Below are positions 38,215 through 51,555 of a stretch of DNA of 64,000 nt, piece by piece. The stretch is taken from assembly GCF_006345805.1 (NCBI RefSeq), contig NC_043006.1, positions 105,028,001 to 105,092,000 on the forward strand. The letters run 5' to 3'. Every line of letters starts with the position of its first letter. Position 1 is the first letter of the stretch. The translations under genes were made by a program, and so were the position numbers. The notes beneath the pieces are model-generated. The model did no database searches and was not told the origin of the DNA. It saw nothing but the letters and a program-made list of their open reading frames with translations. This DNA is from Octopus sinensis. Its lineage: Eukaryota.

Positions 38215-38585
38215 GGGAGGGACAGACAGAGAAAAAAAGAGAGAAAGAGTGAGTAGGAGAAAGAGAGAGAGGAGATACAGATAATAGATAGGCAAACTCA
38301 TATACATTCAGACCGATAGACCGAGAGACAGATAAACCTATCTATATATCTGTACGCCCTTCTAAGAGTACATTGGCGACATACACTCACATGCAGACGC
38401 ATACGTGCATACCTATATCCATACATACGCAATCACACTCACACATATTGAGTTCAACAGCTACATTACACACTATCAGTCGGATACACGCATCCATCCA
38501 GACACCGACTCATACACACACACTTATATGTGTGTGTGTGTGTGTATATATACATATGTATGTATATATATATATGTATATATAG

Positions 38586-38651
<66 letters not shown>

Positions 38652-38702
38652 TCAATACACAATATGATTTACAGATTATGTACGTATTGTGCATGCCTGT
38701 AT

Positions 38703-38782
<80 letters not shown>

Positions 38783-39307
38783 TCGCTTAAGTATATTTGT
38801 GTTCAACAGAATTGTGTTTGTTTCTGGAGTGAGTGAGTGCTTTTGAGTGACAACCCCTGAGGAAGAAAATTCAGAGAATCATCATAAGTAGAATTTATTA
38901 AAGAAATAGCCAGACTGACAGAAAACACGCCTGATAGATTTGGTAAAGGCAGGGTCACTCATAACGAATTGAAAAACTTCGATTTACTGATATTATCGAA
39001 ACAATTAGTGGAGAACAACCTCCAGGTCGTCGAAATCAAAAGGAATAGGAAGGAAGATAACACCAATAAGTTCAAATAACTGCAATATTGGGACAATATA
39101 GATGATGTTGATTGGAAGGTATCTGGTCTTTAAATCCAAATAGTAGAAGCTACGGTCATGTTTCGGTTTAGGTTGACCTATCTTTAATCGATTATCAATA
39201 GAAAGATGAGAGAAGCGGGAATGAGGGCGGGGTGATAAGTGAGAGGGAGACGGGGGAGAGGCATAATTATAATTGGTATATTAATGTCCTCATTAATATA
39301 CCAATTA

Positions 39308-39680
39308 AGGCGGGGAGCTGGCAGAAACGTTAGCACGCCGGGCGAAATGCTTAGTCTTATTTCGCCTGAGTTACGTTTTGAGTTCAAATTCCGCCGAGGT
39401 CGACTTTACCTTTCATCATTTCGGGGTCGATTAAATAAGTACCAGTGACGCACTGGGGTCGATGTAATCGACTTAATCCCTTTGTCTGTCCTTGTTTGTC
39501 CTCTCTGTGTTCAGCGCCTTGTGGGTAGTAAAGAAATAGGTATTTCGTCTGCCGCTACGTTCTGAGTTCAAATTCCGCCGAGGTCGACTTTGCCTTTCAT
39601 CCTTTCGGATCGATAAATTAAATACCGTTTACGCACTGGCGTCGATGTAATCGACTTAATCCGTTTGTCTGTCCTTGTCT
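39308..39680 (+). mobile_element. SINE family B with tandemly repeated internal unit
   Basis: gagttcaaattccgccgaggtcgac at about 39381 and 39564. Confidence 0.9.
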
Positions 39681-39894
39681 CGCTTTGAGAATTGCATTCG
39701 GTGCAATGTTTTTATATTTGGTAGTTATGACTTTAAGAGTCCCTCCTAGCGAGTGGCATTTATGTGTAATAATGCCCTCTATACAATATAATTAAATATA
39801 TTCAAAGAAAAAAATTTACAGCTTTTTCTCTTATGAGGTTTTTCTCACTAACTACTCGATAATTTCTTGTTAAGATTTTATCCTATTATATATA

Positions 39895-39971
<77 letters not shown>

Positions 39972-40111
39972 CGGAGATGTACTCGCATAGCAAGTAATTT
40001 GATCTGAGATCGTGTGCTGAAACGAAAACAATTGCAGCGTGGAAAATGTTTATAAGCCATTTAAGAAACACACAAAAGCCGTTCGATTCACTTCAACATT
40101 TAAGTTTAATT

Positions 40112-40140
<29 letters not shown>

Positions 40141-40148
<8 letters not shown>

Positions 40149-40377
40149 ATATTTCGGAATAGTCATTTTGCCAGTTTAGTCACACTCCTGTGACCGCATC
40201 AGTGGTCCTTTGTTCACTGATGCGGTCACAGGAGTGTGACGAAAGAACTCTGGCCCAAATAAGATTAAGATTAATGTAAAAAATAAATGACACTGAAGCA
40301 AACTAACAACAAATATATAGTGCGTGTGTTTTTATTGGCTAATCTGGCAAGATGACCGTCCCGAACTATAACAATAT
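40141..40377. repeat. Nested foldback: outer 39-bp imperfect arms (40141-40179 / 40339-40377), inner perfect 26-bp arms (40179-40204 / 40215-40240)
   Basis: Manual alignment; the inner right arm is the 5' half of a degenerate hammerhead (CUGAUGC-g-GUCAC/GUGAC-GAAA-G..C-UC-UGGCC). Confidence 0.85.
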
Positions 40378-40414
40378 CTGTTTCAACACACGACTTCACA
40401 TAAAAAAATCTTGC

Positions 40415-40480
<66 letters not shown>

Positions 40481-40489
40481 TCGCTAGCT

Positions 40490-40644
<155 letters not shown>

Positions 40645-40969
40645 CGACCATATTCACTTCAAAGGAAGTTGTAAATTTCTCACATGTTGGAATGGTTACA
40701 CACCAATAGGTCAAAACAAGTCGTCGCTACGATGCTGGTCAGTTTCAGTTAGTGATCAGTGCAACCTCCAGAGATGCTTGCTCTTTCACTGCAACGACGA
40801 CCGAATTATTTTCATAGCCATAATTTAACTACTTAGTTGCTAGTTTGTTATTAGATACTTCCGGTGAATCAAGCCTGTATATTCTACATCGCCCCTTCAC
40901 CGAGTTTATTTTCCATAGTGTAAATTTGAACAAGTTTCCCTGTGTGAAAAACCTTTTATATAAAATAAA

Positions 40970-41336
40970 ATGGGGATGGAAGCACTCCGTCGGTTACGAC
41001 GACGAGGGTTCCGGTTGATCCGAATCAACGGAACAGCCTGCTCGTGAAATTAACATGTAAGTGGCTGAGCACTCCACAGACACGTGTACCCTTAACGTAG
41101 TTCTCGGGGATATTCAGCGTGACACAGAGAGTGCTAAGGCCGGCCCTTTGAAATACAGGTACAACAGAAACAGGAAGTAAGAGAAAGTTGTGGTGAAAGA
41201 GTACAGCAGGGATCACCACCATCCCCTGCCGGAGCCTCGTGGAGCTTTAGGTGTTTTCGCTCAATAAACACTCACAACGCCCGGTCTGGGAATCGAAACC
41301 GCGATTCTATGACCGCTGGGCCATTGCGCCTCCACA
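40970..41336 (-). mobile_element. tRNA-derived SINE, family C
   Basis: Minus head gtggaggcgcaatggcccagcgg...ggtttcgattccc; related to 51262-51555. Confidence 0.8.
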
Positions 41337-41759
41337 CAGAATTACATTCATTTTTCTCACGTAAGCTTATCTCTTGTTGGGATAACGTTGGTTGGGACAA
41401 CCAGATTCTACCCATTTCTAAGGTTTTATATCAGAGCATTCCGCTCAGAGACAGATTTTCTATCAAGAACTGCCGCTTGTTCGTTATGAATTATATTTCT
41501 ATTAAACATGTATATGTATGCATTCCTTTTTCCATACTAATTTAGAGCTAATTTTAACAGGCCACCGGACTTGTTAGTAAGGTTCTGCAGGAAGGCATCT
41601 TGTTGTCTTCACGATCGCTTAATTCTTAATATGTCCCTGCAGGTTCTTATTGTCCCAGGTAAATTTATAGTGTATGAAATAAAGGTGCTGCGTTCTCTCT
41701 TTAAGAAACCAAATTCAGCCATACTTTGATACAGGCGGATTGGTACATAGTCTGTTGCA

Positions 41760-41974
41760 GTGTATGTATGTATGTATGTATGTATGTATGTATGTATGTA
41801 TGTATGTATGTATGTATGTATATGTGTAGGTATGTATGTGTGCGTGTATATGTATGTGTGTCATTATTCAGTTTTATTTCAAAATCTCTTGCCAATAGTG
41901 TAAGAGCCGGTTTCTAACCGAGATCCAAGGCTCCTTCATTGGAATTTCAACATCAACAACAAAATATTCTTGTA

Positions 41975-42005
<31 letters not shown>

Positions 42006-43850
42006 ATGTATGTATGTATGTATGTATGTATGTATGTATGTATATGTGCAGATTTGCAGGTTTTGTTTTATGTATGTATTCTCATGCATATAGTTGCTTA
42101 TTTATCTGTTCATGCTCATATATATCTACATGATAAACGTTTTACAGACTTTTATAGTTCAGTGTAAAAGTAATTTAAAGTAACTTTTGATCGACTACCA
42201 CATTGATAGCAAGGTTGTGAAGGAAAATTTCTTATTTAACTGTCATCCTTTAAATTCTAAGGTCTTGCAGCCTTCTATAGTCCCAGATATCGTGATCCTT
42301 TGTAGCTTACGAACAAAGAATTTGCACTGTCTCCCTAAGGTTCCACGTATGTCTATCATTGGTCATATTTATTTCAAGATTTCTTGACAACAGAGAAAGA
42401 CCCTTCATAGATTGAAGGCTCTTCACTGGAATTTCATCATCAACAACAGTGTATTTTTACTTGTATACATGTATGTATATGTGCAGATGTGTACGTTTTC
42501 TTTTATGTGTATATTCTCATGCATATAGTTACATATCTACATATGCTCATATATATTTACATGATAAACTTCTGGCACGTTTTACATACTTTTACAGTTC
42601 CAGTGATGGATTAGGTCTGTAGTCTTCCAATTATGTCCTTTCTGGTTTTGAGTAGCGTAATTTCCCAAGACTGGCATGTATGTATGTATGTATGTATGTA
42701 TGTATGTATGTATGTATGTATGTATGTATGTATGTATGTATGTATGTATGTTTGTTTGTTTGTTTGTATGTATGTATGTTGTATGTATGTATGTATGTAT
42801 GTATGTATGTATGTATGTATGTATGTATGTATATGTGTAGGTATGTATGTGTGCGTGTATATGTATGTGTGTCATTATTCAGTTTTATTTCAAAATCTCT
42901 TGCCAATAGTGTAAGAGCCGGTTTCTAACCGAGATCCAAGGCTCCTTCATTGGAATTTCAACATCAACAACAAAATATTCTTGTATGTCTGTCTGTCTGT
43001 CTGTCTGTCTGTATGTATGTATGTATGTATGTATGTATGTATATGTGCAGATTTGCAGGTTTTGTTTTATGTATGTATTCTCATGCATATAGTTGCTTAT
43101 TTATCTGTTCATGCTCATATATATCTACATGATAAACGTTTTACAGACTTTTATAGTTCAGTGTAAAAGTAATTTAAAGTAACTTTTGATCGACTACCAC
43201 ATTGATAGCAAGGTTGTGAAGGAAAATTTCTTAATTTAACTGTCATCCTTTAAATTCTAAGGTCTTGCAGCCTTCTATAGTCCCAGATATCGTGATCCTT
43301 TGTAGCTTACGAACAAAGAATTTGCACTGTCTCCCTAAGGTTCCACGTATGTCTATCATTGGTCATATTTATTTCAAGATTTCTTGACAACAGAGAAAGA
43401 CCCTTCATAGATTGAAGGCTCTTCACTGGAATTTCATCATCAACAACAGTGTATTTTTACTTGTATACATGTATGTATATGTGCAGATGTGTACGTTTCT
43501 TTTATGTGTATATTCTCATGCATATAGTTACATATCTACATATGCTCATATATATTTACATGATAAACTTCTGGCACGTTTTACATACTTTTACAGTTCC
43601 AGTGATGGATTAGGTCTGTAGTCTTCCAATTATGTCCTTTCTGGTTTTGAGTAGCGTAATTTCCCAAGACTGGCATGTATGTATGTATGTATGTATGTAT
43701 GTATGTATGTATGTATGTATGTATGTATGTATGTATGTATGTATGTTTGTTTGTTTGTTTGTTTGTTTGTATGTATGTATGTATGTATGTATGTATGTAT
43801 GTATGTATGTATGTATGTATGTTTGTATGTTTGTATGTATGTATACATTC
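41760..43850. repeat. Near-identical tandem duplication, ~1.01-kb period, with an older internal duplication
   Basis: 41821 aligns with 42832; non-microsatellite parts differ by about two 1-nt indels; breakpoints in (TATG)n. Confidence 0.93.
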
Positions 43851-44138
43851 TACAGTTGACGTTGCTTGGTCAAAAATACAATCCCTAAAGTATGACAAAA
43901 GTCAGTACGGCTGATACCCTTATAGTGCCTGTATAAATATGCATGTGTGTGTGTGTATGTTTTTGTATATATGTGTGTTTGTGTGTATATTTGAATGGAA
44001 AGACAAGTTGTTTACATCTGTGTTTACAGAGAGCGTCGGTTGAAAATTTTTAGCTATGTTCTGTAGTAAAGAATATAAAAATATAACGATGTAAGCAACT
44101 TTAAAATGAATACTCCGGCAGCCGATAAAATATCAGCG

Positions 44139-44382
44139 ATTCACCTGCCTTAAACATACATTTTATTGTCGTCACCTCTATTATCATCGAACTTAAATAG
44201 AAAATATAAAGAAAACACCATCGTAGAAAAGAAAACGAAACCATCCATTCAATCCTAGATACAGCTGAATGGATGTCTTCTCTTTTTCACTTTTAAGGTA
44301 GTGGTTTCATCGCACTTTGTATTTTAGTTAGGTAACAATAGATAAATGATGGCAATAAGACGCATTTTCAAGGCAGGTGAAT
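44139..44382. repeat. Decayed foldback / MITE-like element, ~240 bp
   Basis: attcacctgcctt/aaggcaggtgaat (13 bp) and catccattca/tgaatggatg (10 bp), with partial pairing between them. Confidence 0.65.
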
Positions 44383-44662
44383 TTCTGATAGTTATCGATA
44401 GCCAAAGTATTAGTTTTAGAGATCTTTATATCTAATCTCACCTGACTGCATACGAAGTCTACTGTCTTCTCTTTCACTGTTATATATCAAATATCGATCA
44501 TATAAATTACCAATGAGATTCAGACTATTTTACAATTCCTTTCACTTGATACCTGATAATACATATGTTTACCTATCTGGCTACTTATATAAGATTCGTA
44601 AAATAAGAAGGTGTCGGAGGGGAGGTGTTTGTCCTCAAGTTTAAGGTAGCAACATTTTATCA

Positions 44663-44890
44663 TGTGTATTTATGTGTATATGTGTATGTAAATGTGTATG
44701 TGTATTTGTGAGTACGTGTGTGTGTGTGTGTGTGTGTGTGTATTTATGTGTATATGTGTATGTAAATGTGTATGTGTATTTGTGAGTACGTGTGTGTGTG
44801 TGTGTGTGTGTGTGTGTATTTATGTGTATATGTGTATGTAAATGTGTATGTGTATTTGTGAGTACGTGTGAGTGTGTGTGTGTGTGTGTG
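44663..44890. repeat. Higher-order minisatellite, ~76-bp unit x3, built from (TG) repeats
   Basis: tgtgtatttatgtgtatatgtgtatgtaaatgtgtatgtgtatttgtgagtacgtg repeated three times. Confidence 0.9.
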
Positions 44891-45179
44891 CGCGTGTGTG
44901 TGTGTGAACGCGTCTGCTCCGAACAAATACCTACACTTTTCTGTTCGCTATCTCAAATGTTTCGTTTGCTGCAATGTCGGAGAACAAACGAAAATACGAA
45001 TGGCTTGTGTCCAGAAGCCGTTGCCATTTTCTTCCTTTAATTAACAAATCTATCTGAATGGAGAAAGCCAGACTTGAGCCACGTACGATACGAAACCAGA
45101 CCGTCAACAGCTGGAACTAAATGCCACGATTTATAGAGTTTTGTTTGCCCTCTGATCATTATCGAATTCCAACGTCCTA

Positions 45180-45366
45180 TAATTTATTGTTTCCAAACTT
45201 TTGGCTCAAGGCCAGCAATCTTGGGTTAGGCGTAGTTCGATCACATCGACGGGAACTTATTTTATCGACCCCGGCAGGATAAAAGGCAAAGTCGACCTCG
45301 GTGGAATTTGAACTCAGAACATAATTTTGCCCGGCGTGGTAACGATTCTTCCAGCTCACCGCCTTA
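45180..45366 (-). mobile_element. SINE family B
   Basis: Reverse complement of the other copies. Confidence 0.8.
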
Positions 45367-45554
45367 ACGTCCTATAGGACATTACTTGCGTGCATGTATA
45401 TGTGTATGTGTGTTTGTGTATTTATATATGTGTTTATATGGGTGTATATGTTTATATGTTTATAGAAGTAAATATGAGGATAAGGAAGTTAAGCAGGTCA
45501 ATATACCCGCTCAAATTTAAACCTCTCACGGATAATTGATTCTCATCTATGAGA

Positions 45555-45636
<82 letters not shown>

Positions 45637-45699
45637 CGGTTCAGCACAAAGCTGTGGCCATGCTAGAGCACTGCATCTTTGCTACACTGCTATTATTGA

Positions 45700-46075
45700 G
45701 AGCCTACTTTACTTTATACCATTTGGTGAATGCAGGAGTTTGATGTTACTGTCCCCATATGCGCTTCCTCCTCTGAGGTAGGTTTATCTGAGAATCTCGA
45801 CAGGACGAGATCCAGCTTTGTTTTGAAAATAGCTACATGCACTTTCTGTAGGTATATCAGGCTCTTTGCAAAAATATTAAAAAGCTGTGAGCCCTTGAAA
45901 CCAAGACAGTTGTAGTAACTGGTCCTGAAGCGCGATGACATTGTTGGCAGCTTTGGCACTGTGCAATGGCGACCCATTTTGGCATTTGTGTAGCTGTCAA
46001 TGCTGAAATGTGGCACAATCTCTTCCAGCATCTTCCAGATGTATATTACTGCACATCTCTCCCGCCTTCGCTCCG
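45700..46075 (-). mobile_element. CR1-like LINE 3' fragment
   Basis: GRHCTVP..YNCLGFKGSQLFNIFAKSL..FKTKLDLVLSRFSDKP. Confidence 0.75.
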
Positions 46076-46089
46076 CATATTTTGTTTTA

Positions 46090-47045
46090 TGAGTTCAATA
46101 AAAGCAACAACGCAACAGAAAGTGCGAGGAATATTAATGCAGTATATAGGGATCGGACAATGACCGTAAACCAGTGTTAACAGGGGTTCCAGAAATTCCG
46201 AGCCGGAAACTGCAGCCTAGAAGACGAGTCTCGTCCTCGAAGATATGTAGAGCTCGACGAGGACATCCTAAAAACCCTGGTGGAACAAAATCCCGTCGTA
46301 ACTGTTGAGGAACTAGCAGAGGAGTTTGAATTTGGCCATTCAACCATTCATCGACACATGCGTGTCATCGGAAAATCAGGAATTTGGGGCAATGGGTTCC
46401 TCACAAACTTTCCGAGTCGAATCGCGTGCAGAGAGTGAATGTCTGCACTTCTTTTCTGCCAGTGGGTAGGGAAAGAAGAAACACCGGCCCCTTCAGGCTA
46501 AAGAAGGTCTTCACCCACATCAGGTGTTGTTATCCGTTGGGTGGGATATGAAAGGTTTAGTCCACTTTGAAATGTTGAACCCAAATCGATAACAAAGGAG
46601 ATCTACTGCGAGCAGCTTCTGCGGCTTGAGTCAGCACTAGAAGCAAAACGAGCATAGGTGTTCTCTTCTCAGGATAATGCTTTGCCACATACAGTGAGGA
46701 TGAAATTCCACAGGCTGGAACAGTTAGAATGGTAAATGATGCTCCACCCACCATATTAGCCGGACGTTGTCCAATCTAATAATCATTTATTTCGCAACCT
46801 TCAAAATCATTTAGAAGGAAAAAATATGGATTCTGTAGACGAGGTCAGAACAGCATTGGAGGAATATTTTTCGTGACTGACAAGTGAATTTTGGAAGAAG
46901 GGCCTTGCAAGTCTACCAGATAGATGGAAGAGCAGTGTAGGAAATGAAGGAGAGTATATTTTAGATTTAAAAAGAAATTTGTTTATTTTAATTTTGAAAA
47001 ATAAAAAAAGTATAAAAGAACCGCTTTATTTATGGGATGACCCAA
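46090..47045 (+). mobile_element. Mariner DD34D, 5'-truncated and internally deleted, right TIR present
   Basis: WVPHKL, QDNA.PH and PPY.PD-like motifs; ends tttatgggatgacccaa followed by TA. Confidence 0.85.
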
Positions 47046-47326
47046 TACATGCAGGGTTGGGTCAACTAAAATTCTATGGACACGAGGCACAGATACTCTG
47101 TTAGAGCCTGTATCTTTTAAAGAAAAAGAATTATAGAAAACTCAGGCAGAACACCCGGAGCCTTGACATATTTAGTAGTGGGCCTCTATTTGTTGGTCAA
47201 AATCCTTTTGATTCACATTGTAATTTCAACTCTCAAGGGGGTCGATAAAATAAGAATGTGTAAGGAACTGAGGTCTTTCTTAACAGACAGGATATCGACA
47301 TAATAGTTTTTTAATACATTTATCTA

Positions 47327-47762
47327 ATACTTGTTTCAGTTATTAGAATGCGGCCATGCTGGAGCAACGCGTTGAATTTTTTTTCCTTTGTCGAATGAAT
47401 CGACTCCAGTACTTACTTCAGTCTTAAAATCATGTTACTTATTCCATCGATCACTTTTGCTGAACCACTAAGTTACGGAGACGTAAGCACACCAATACTG
47501 GTTTTCAAGCGGTGAGCAAGTGGGGAGACAAAAAAAGTAAGACACACACATGCATGGATATATACATACATACACCTATATGTGTGTATGTGTGTGTAAA
47601 TATAAATATACAGAATAGGCTGTATATTAATCCGTTCAGAAGGTTGTGGTTGATCCGTGGCTTTAGTAGAAGACATCTACCCAAGGTGCATCGCAGTGGG
47701 ATTGAACCCGGAACAATATGGTTGAGAAGCGAGCTTCTTACCTCACAGCTACGCATGCACCT
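47327..47762 (-). mobile_element. SINE family A, degenerate
   Basis: Reverse complement of the other copies. Confidence 0.82.
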
Positions 47763-49039
47763 ATGTAGATAACTTGAGTAAATTATGTCTGAAGATGAAT
47801 TCATTATTGGCCAATCATTTACATTTTTCTATATTCCCGCTGCATAGGGAAAGTAATTTCCGGCATGTTTTACACTAATGCTGAGCTCATCAAAGAAACC
47901 ATCAAATCTCAAGTTTTTGATTAGGATGTGGAACGAAATATATCTCCCACCAGACCATTCTCACAATAGACGATATCCGACCACACATACCATAATCGAA
48001 CCATAAGAAAATAATTTACTGCTTTAGATATTACTGAAAGACAATCTAAATGGCATAGTGGTCGTAGTTTGTCTGGAATATTATCGCTTTTCAGTAGCAC
48101 ATACTTTTGATACCTAATTATACAATCAGTATTTATCCATTGTATTTAGGTTTCAACATTTATTCTGCAATATTATTATTTAATATCTCGTTTAAAATAT
48201 CAATTGGCTGAATCTCGTAAGTAGTAGCCATAAATAGATATCGTAATTCCGGTTTAGTTCACCAACAATTTATCATAATGCGGCAAACACAAAACTTATA
48301 AGTTTTATAATCAATAAAAAAAGAAGTTTTCTGATTTTTTTTTTCATGAAGTGCAAAGACATTTCTCTACACATCGTTGAACCAAGTGGTTGACTGAATA
48401 AAACAATTATCCACATGTGTACATACATGTATGTACACATACATACATACAAATATATGTGTGTGTGTGTGTCTGTGTGTATCTATACACTCACAGACAC
48501 ACACACATATGTGTGCTTATATATACGTATATATATACGTATATATAAATATATATATATATATACATATAAATGTCTAGATTTCTCTTTCTCTCCCTCC
48601 AAACATATATACATGCACACATACATACATATATACACACACACATATATATATGTATGTATGTATGTATATGTGTATGTATATATGTATGTGTGTATGT
48701 AGCCACACACAAAAGTTGTATTTGCTGCATTTTAAATATTTTCATTTGTTTCAATGGACATTGAACAATGAATGCTAAATTCGTCTTCGGTTTAGACTTT
48801 TAGAGTTTATGGCGCAAAATGGTCGAAATAAGATAAATATTCCAAGTTAAGTTATTTATTTTAAATACAAGTGTTTTCTGCTCTTCTGCAAGGACATGCA
48901 GGAAGTAATGGTTTGTTCCATTCAGCATCCGGTGATGAATCTGAACATTTCCTCCGTAACATTTCCTGAAACGACTGGCTGTTTCGGGAGGTGCTCTCAT
49001 ACTAGCTTCTCATCTAAACCTAATCACGACTCAGCTCAT

Positions 49040-49740
49040 GTCTAATTAGCCCCAACCAATGCAGCACTACACGTTTAAGCGTTCACACCTTTTCATTCAC
49101 AACCACCTTGAAGCAGCGTTAGCTACCGCCATAAACTACTTATTGACCTTCCGCCATCTGGCTTGTGTTCTGTCCAGCATGTTGTGGGTTTTTCAGAAAC
49201 ACTGCCCTTCAAACTCTCTGCATCCGATATCAGTAGGATCATTCTGTGCCTGTAACTGTGTCAGCACAACTCCACAAACTCCGCATTCTTTCTCTTATTT
49301 CTGTCTTCAATGTGACTCTCCCAGGAGCAGAAAGTTCTGACAGAACCAATGTTTAGATGCCTCCAAGATCAGCTGCGTGTCTGTCCTTAGTGATATTCAG
49401 GCGACTGTACCTAACAACTACAGACACTTTCCAGGTCGACTATAAGATTGTATCAGTAGCCTTCACACGGACGATAGTCTCTTTTGCTTGGCGTAAGAGC
49501 CAGTAAGGTATAAACTCGCTACTATGACCTTCAGGGTCTAGTCATGCTTCTAAAGGTAGCGCTCCTCTCACAGGTAGTTTGGACAGCTACAAGTGTCCGC
49601 ATTGTTATGTGTCGGTGCTACGCTGCTGACTTCACCTTCCCCTGCAGGGCACCACATTGGATGGTATCGGTAGGATGTCATAAACTGCCTGCCGTAGAAA
49701 TTCTATCCAGTGAAACTCTTTTAACAGGATATTACTAGAA
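49040..49740 (-). mobile_element. HERO/NeSL-like non-LTR retrotransposon C-terminus (zinc finger plus restriction-like endonuclease), decayed
   Basis: LRQAVYDILPIPSN, HD*TLKVIA, DIGCREFEG, AASRWLWMKR across frameshifts. Confidence 0.7.
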
Positions 49741-50444
49741 AAAAGTTAGTTATATTTTGTTAAAGAAAAGAATATTTTTTTATTAGTTAATAACTTTATT
49801 TTTTTTTTGTTTCTTATATTTGTATCAAGTAATTTTAACAAAAGCTTTTAAATATCTAAGCAACTGATACATGACCAGAATGGAAACGAACAATTCGAAA
49901 TGAGCTGAAGTGGAAGCATTTTAGTGGATATTTCCAAAACCAAACTGACGATCCTCAAGACCAAATGTGACTTATATTAGAATTTCCAGAAATGAAGGCC
50001 TTGATTTACACAGAAGTAATTTTGTCCACATTAAAACACCCTACAAATAATGCAGAAACAATTCCGAATACAACTTCTGTTACACCAACAATAGAACATT
50101 CCAATACACAGGATATTTCTAAGGAATGGAATGAAATACATTAGGAGAATGAAGCATTGAATGAAAGGAACCAACTGAAGAAAGTATGGAACAGTCTATC
50201 GAATCAAAGGAAACAAATATATTGGAAGGCAATTAGCTTTTTGCCTTCGAGGTAGTAAACGACAGACACCAACAGACGAGAGAAACGAGTGGCAGGAGTA
50301 ACTATGTTCCTTCAAAACCAGAAACATTCCACAAAAGTTAATAAATCATAACCAAAGTAAGAGACAATCCGGATCTTCAGAAACACTAAGAGTGAAAACG
50401 ACATTTGAAATATAGATATTCTGTTTGTAGTTACCCATATATGA

Positions 50445-50765
50445 ATGCGCATGCCTCAATGGTTAGTGCATCGGGCTCACACTCATGAAGTAGTGAGTTC
50501 CGTTTCTGAACCCTCTTGTTTTCTTGAGCAAGACACTTTATTTCATGTTGCTCCAGTTCACTCCGCTGTAAAAATGTGTTGCGACGTCACCGGTGCCAAG
50601 CTGTATCGGTCTTTTCCTTTTCTTTGGATTAACATCGGGGGTGTGGAGAGAGGTGAGGCTAGTATGCATGGGCGACTGCTGGTCTTCCTTAAACAACAGT
50701 TCCTGGACTTGTGCCTCGGAGGGTAATTGTCTAGTTGCAATGCAATGGTCATTCATGACCGAAGG
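50445..50765 (+). mobile_element. tRNA-derived SINE, degenerate
   Basis: tRNA-like head (tcaatggttag..gagttccg), cttgagcaagacact body. Confidence 0.6.
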
Positions 50766-51261
50766 GCGTCTTCTTTATATCAGTTACCCATAATTCTAGG
50801 AACCACAACAGCCTACATTCAGCCGAACGATACCTCCTAATTCTTCATCAACTATCAAAACACGAATATACAATTTAAAAAATCGCAAATATCAACAACC
50901 GAAAAAGCCCACCAAATCTGAAGCGGCTTCTGACAAATGCAAAATTCACATCGGAGGAAGAAATAATATGAATAACGAACTGCGGAGAGTCTCGGTATAG
51001 AACATGTAAAATAACTGAGCAAGGAACAACGAAGTTATTCAAGAATTAAAAGGAAGTTTAAGTGAATGCAAACATTATTTACAAAAAAAGGAAGTCTTAT
51101 TTGCTGTATCACATGCCTGCAATGCAATGAGAATTACGTTAGAGAAACAGACAAAACTCACCAGTCACAGAAACATTCATAAGCAACAACTTAAAAATTC
51201 ATCTCTTAGAAATGTTCCATGTAGTAAGTGAGGATGCTTTTGTCCAAATGCGAAAATTAAT

Positions 51262-51555
51262 GGAGGCACATGGTCTAGTAGTGAGAGCAGCGGACTCGCG
51301 GTCGAGGGATCGCGGGTTTGAATCTCAGACTGGCTGATGTGTGTGTTTATGAGCAAAACACCTATACTCCACGCGGCTCCGGCAGAAGGTAATGGCAAAA
51401 TTCTGCTGGCTCTTTCGCCACGACTTTCACTCTTTCCTCCTGCATCTCGTAGCTCACCTGCGATGGACCCGCATCCTGTCCAGGTGGGGAACCTATACGC
51501 CAAGGAAACCGGGAAACCGGCACTTATGAGCTTGGTGTGGCTCGAGAAGGAACAA
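51262..51555 (+). mobile_element. tRNA-derived SINE, family C-related
   Basis: ggaggcacatggtctagtagtgagagc..gggtttgaatctc head; cctgcgatggac..catcctgtccagg block. Confidence 0.78.

Larger units (their letters stand above)
37029..38515. repeat. 172-bp inverted duplication (37029-37200 / 38344-38515) with 1.14-kb spacer
   Basis: 8 mismatches by manual alignment, 7 of them transitions. Confidence 0.9.

Noticed and set aside
40000-40045. ctgaga..cgaaaacaattg possible hammerhead
   Set aside because: Core spacing is wrong and stem II cannot be closed next to GAAA
41760-43850. Tandem units as a CRISPR-like or exon array
   Set aside because: Eukaryotic context, no repeat-spacer structure and no conserved reading frame
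49870-51230. A-rich coding-like remnants around the SINEs
   Set aside because: Probably LINE debris, but no diagnostic motif could be read
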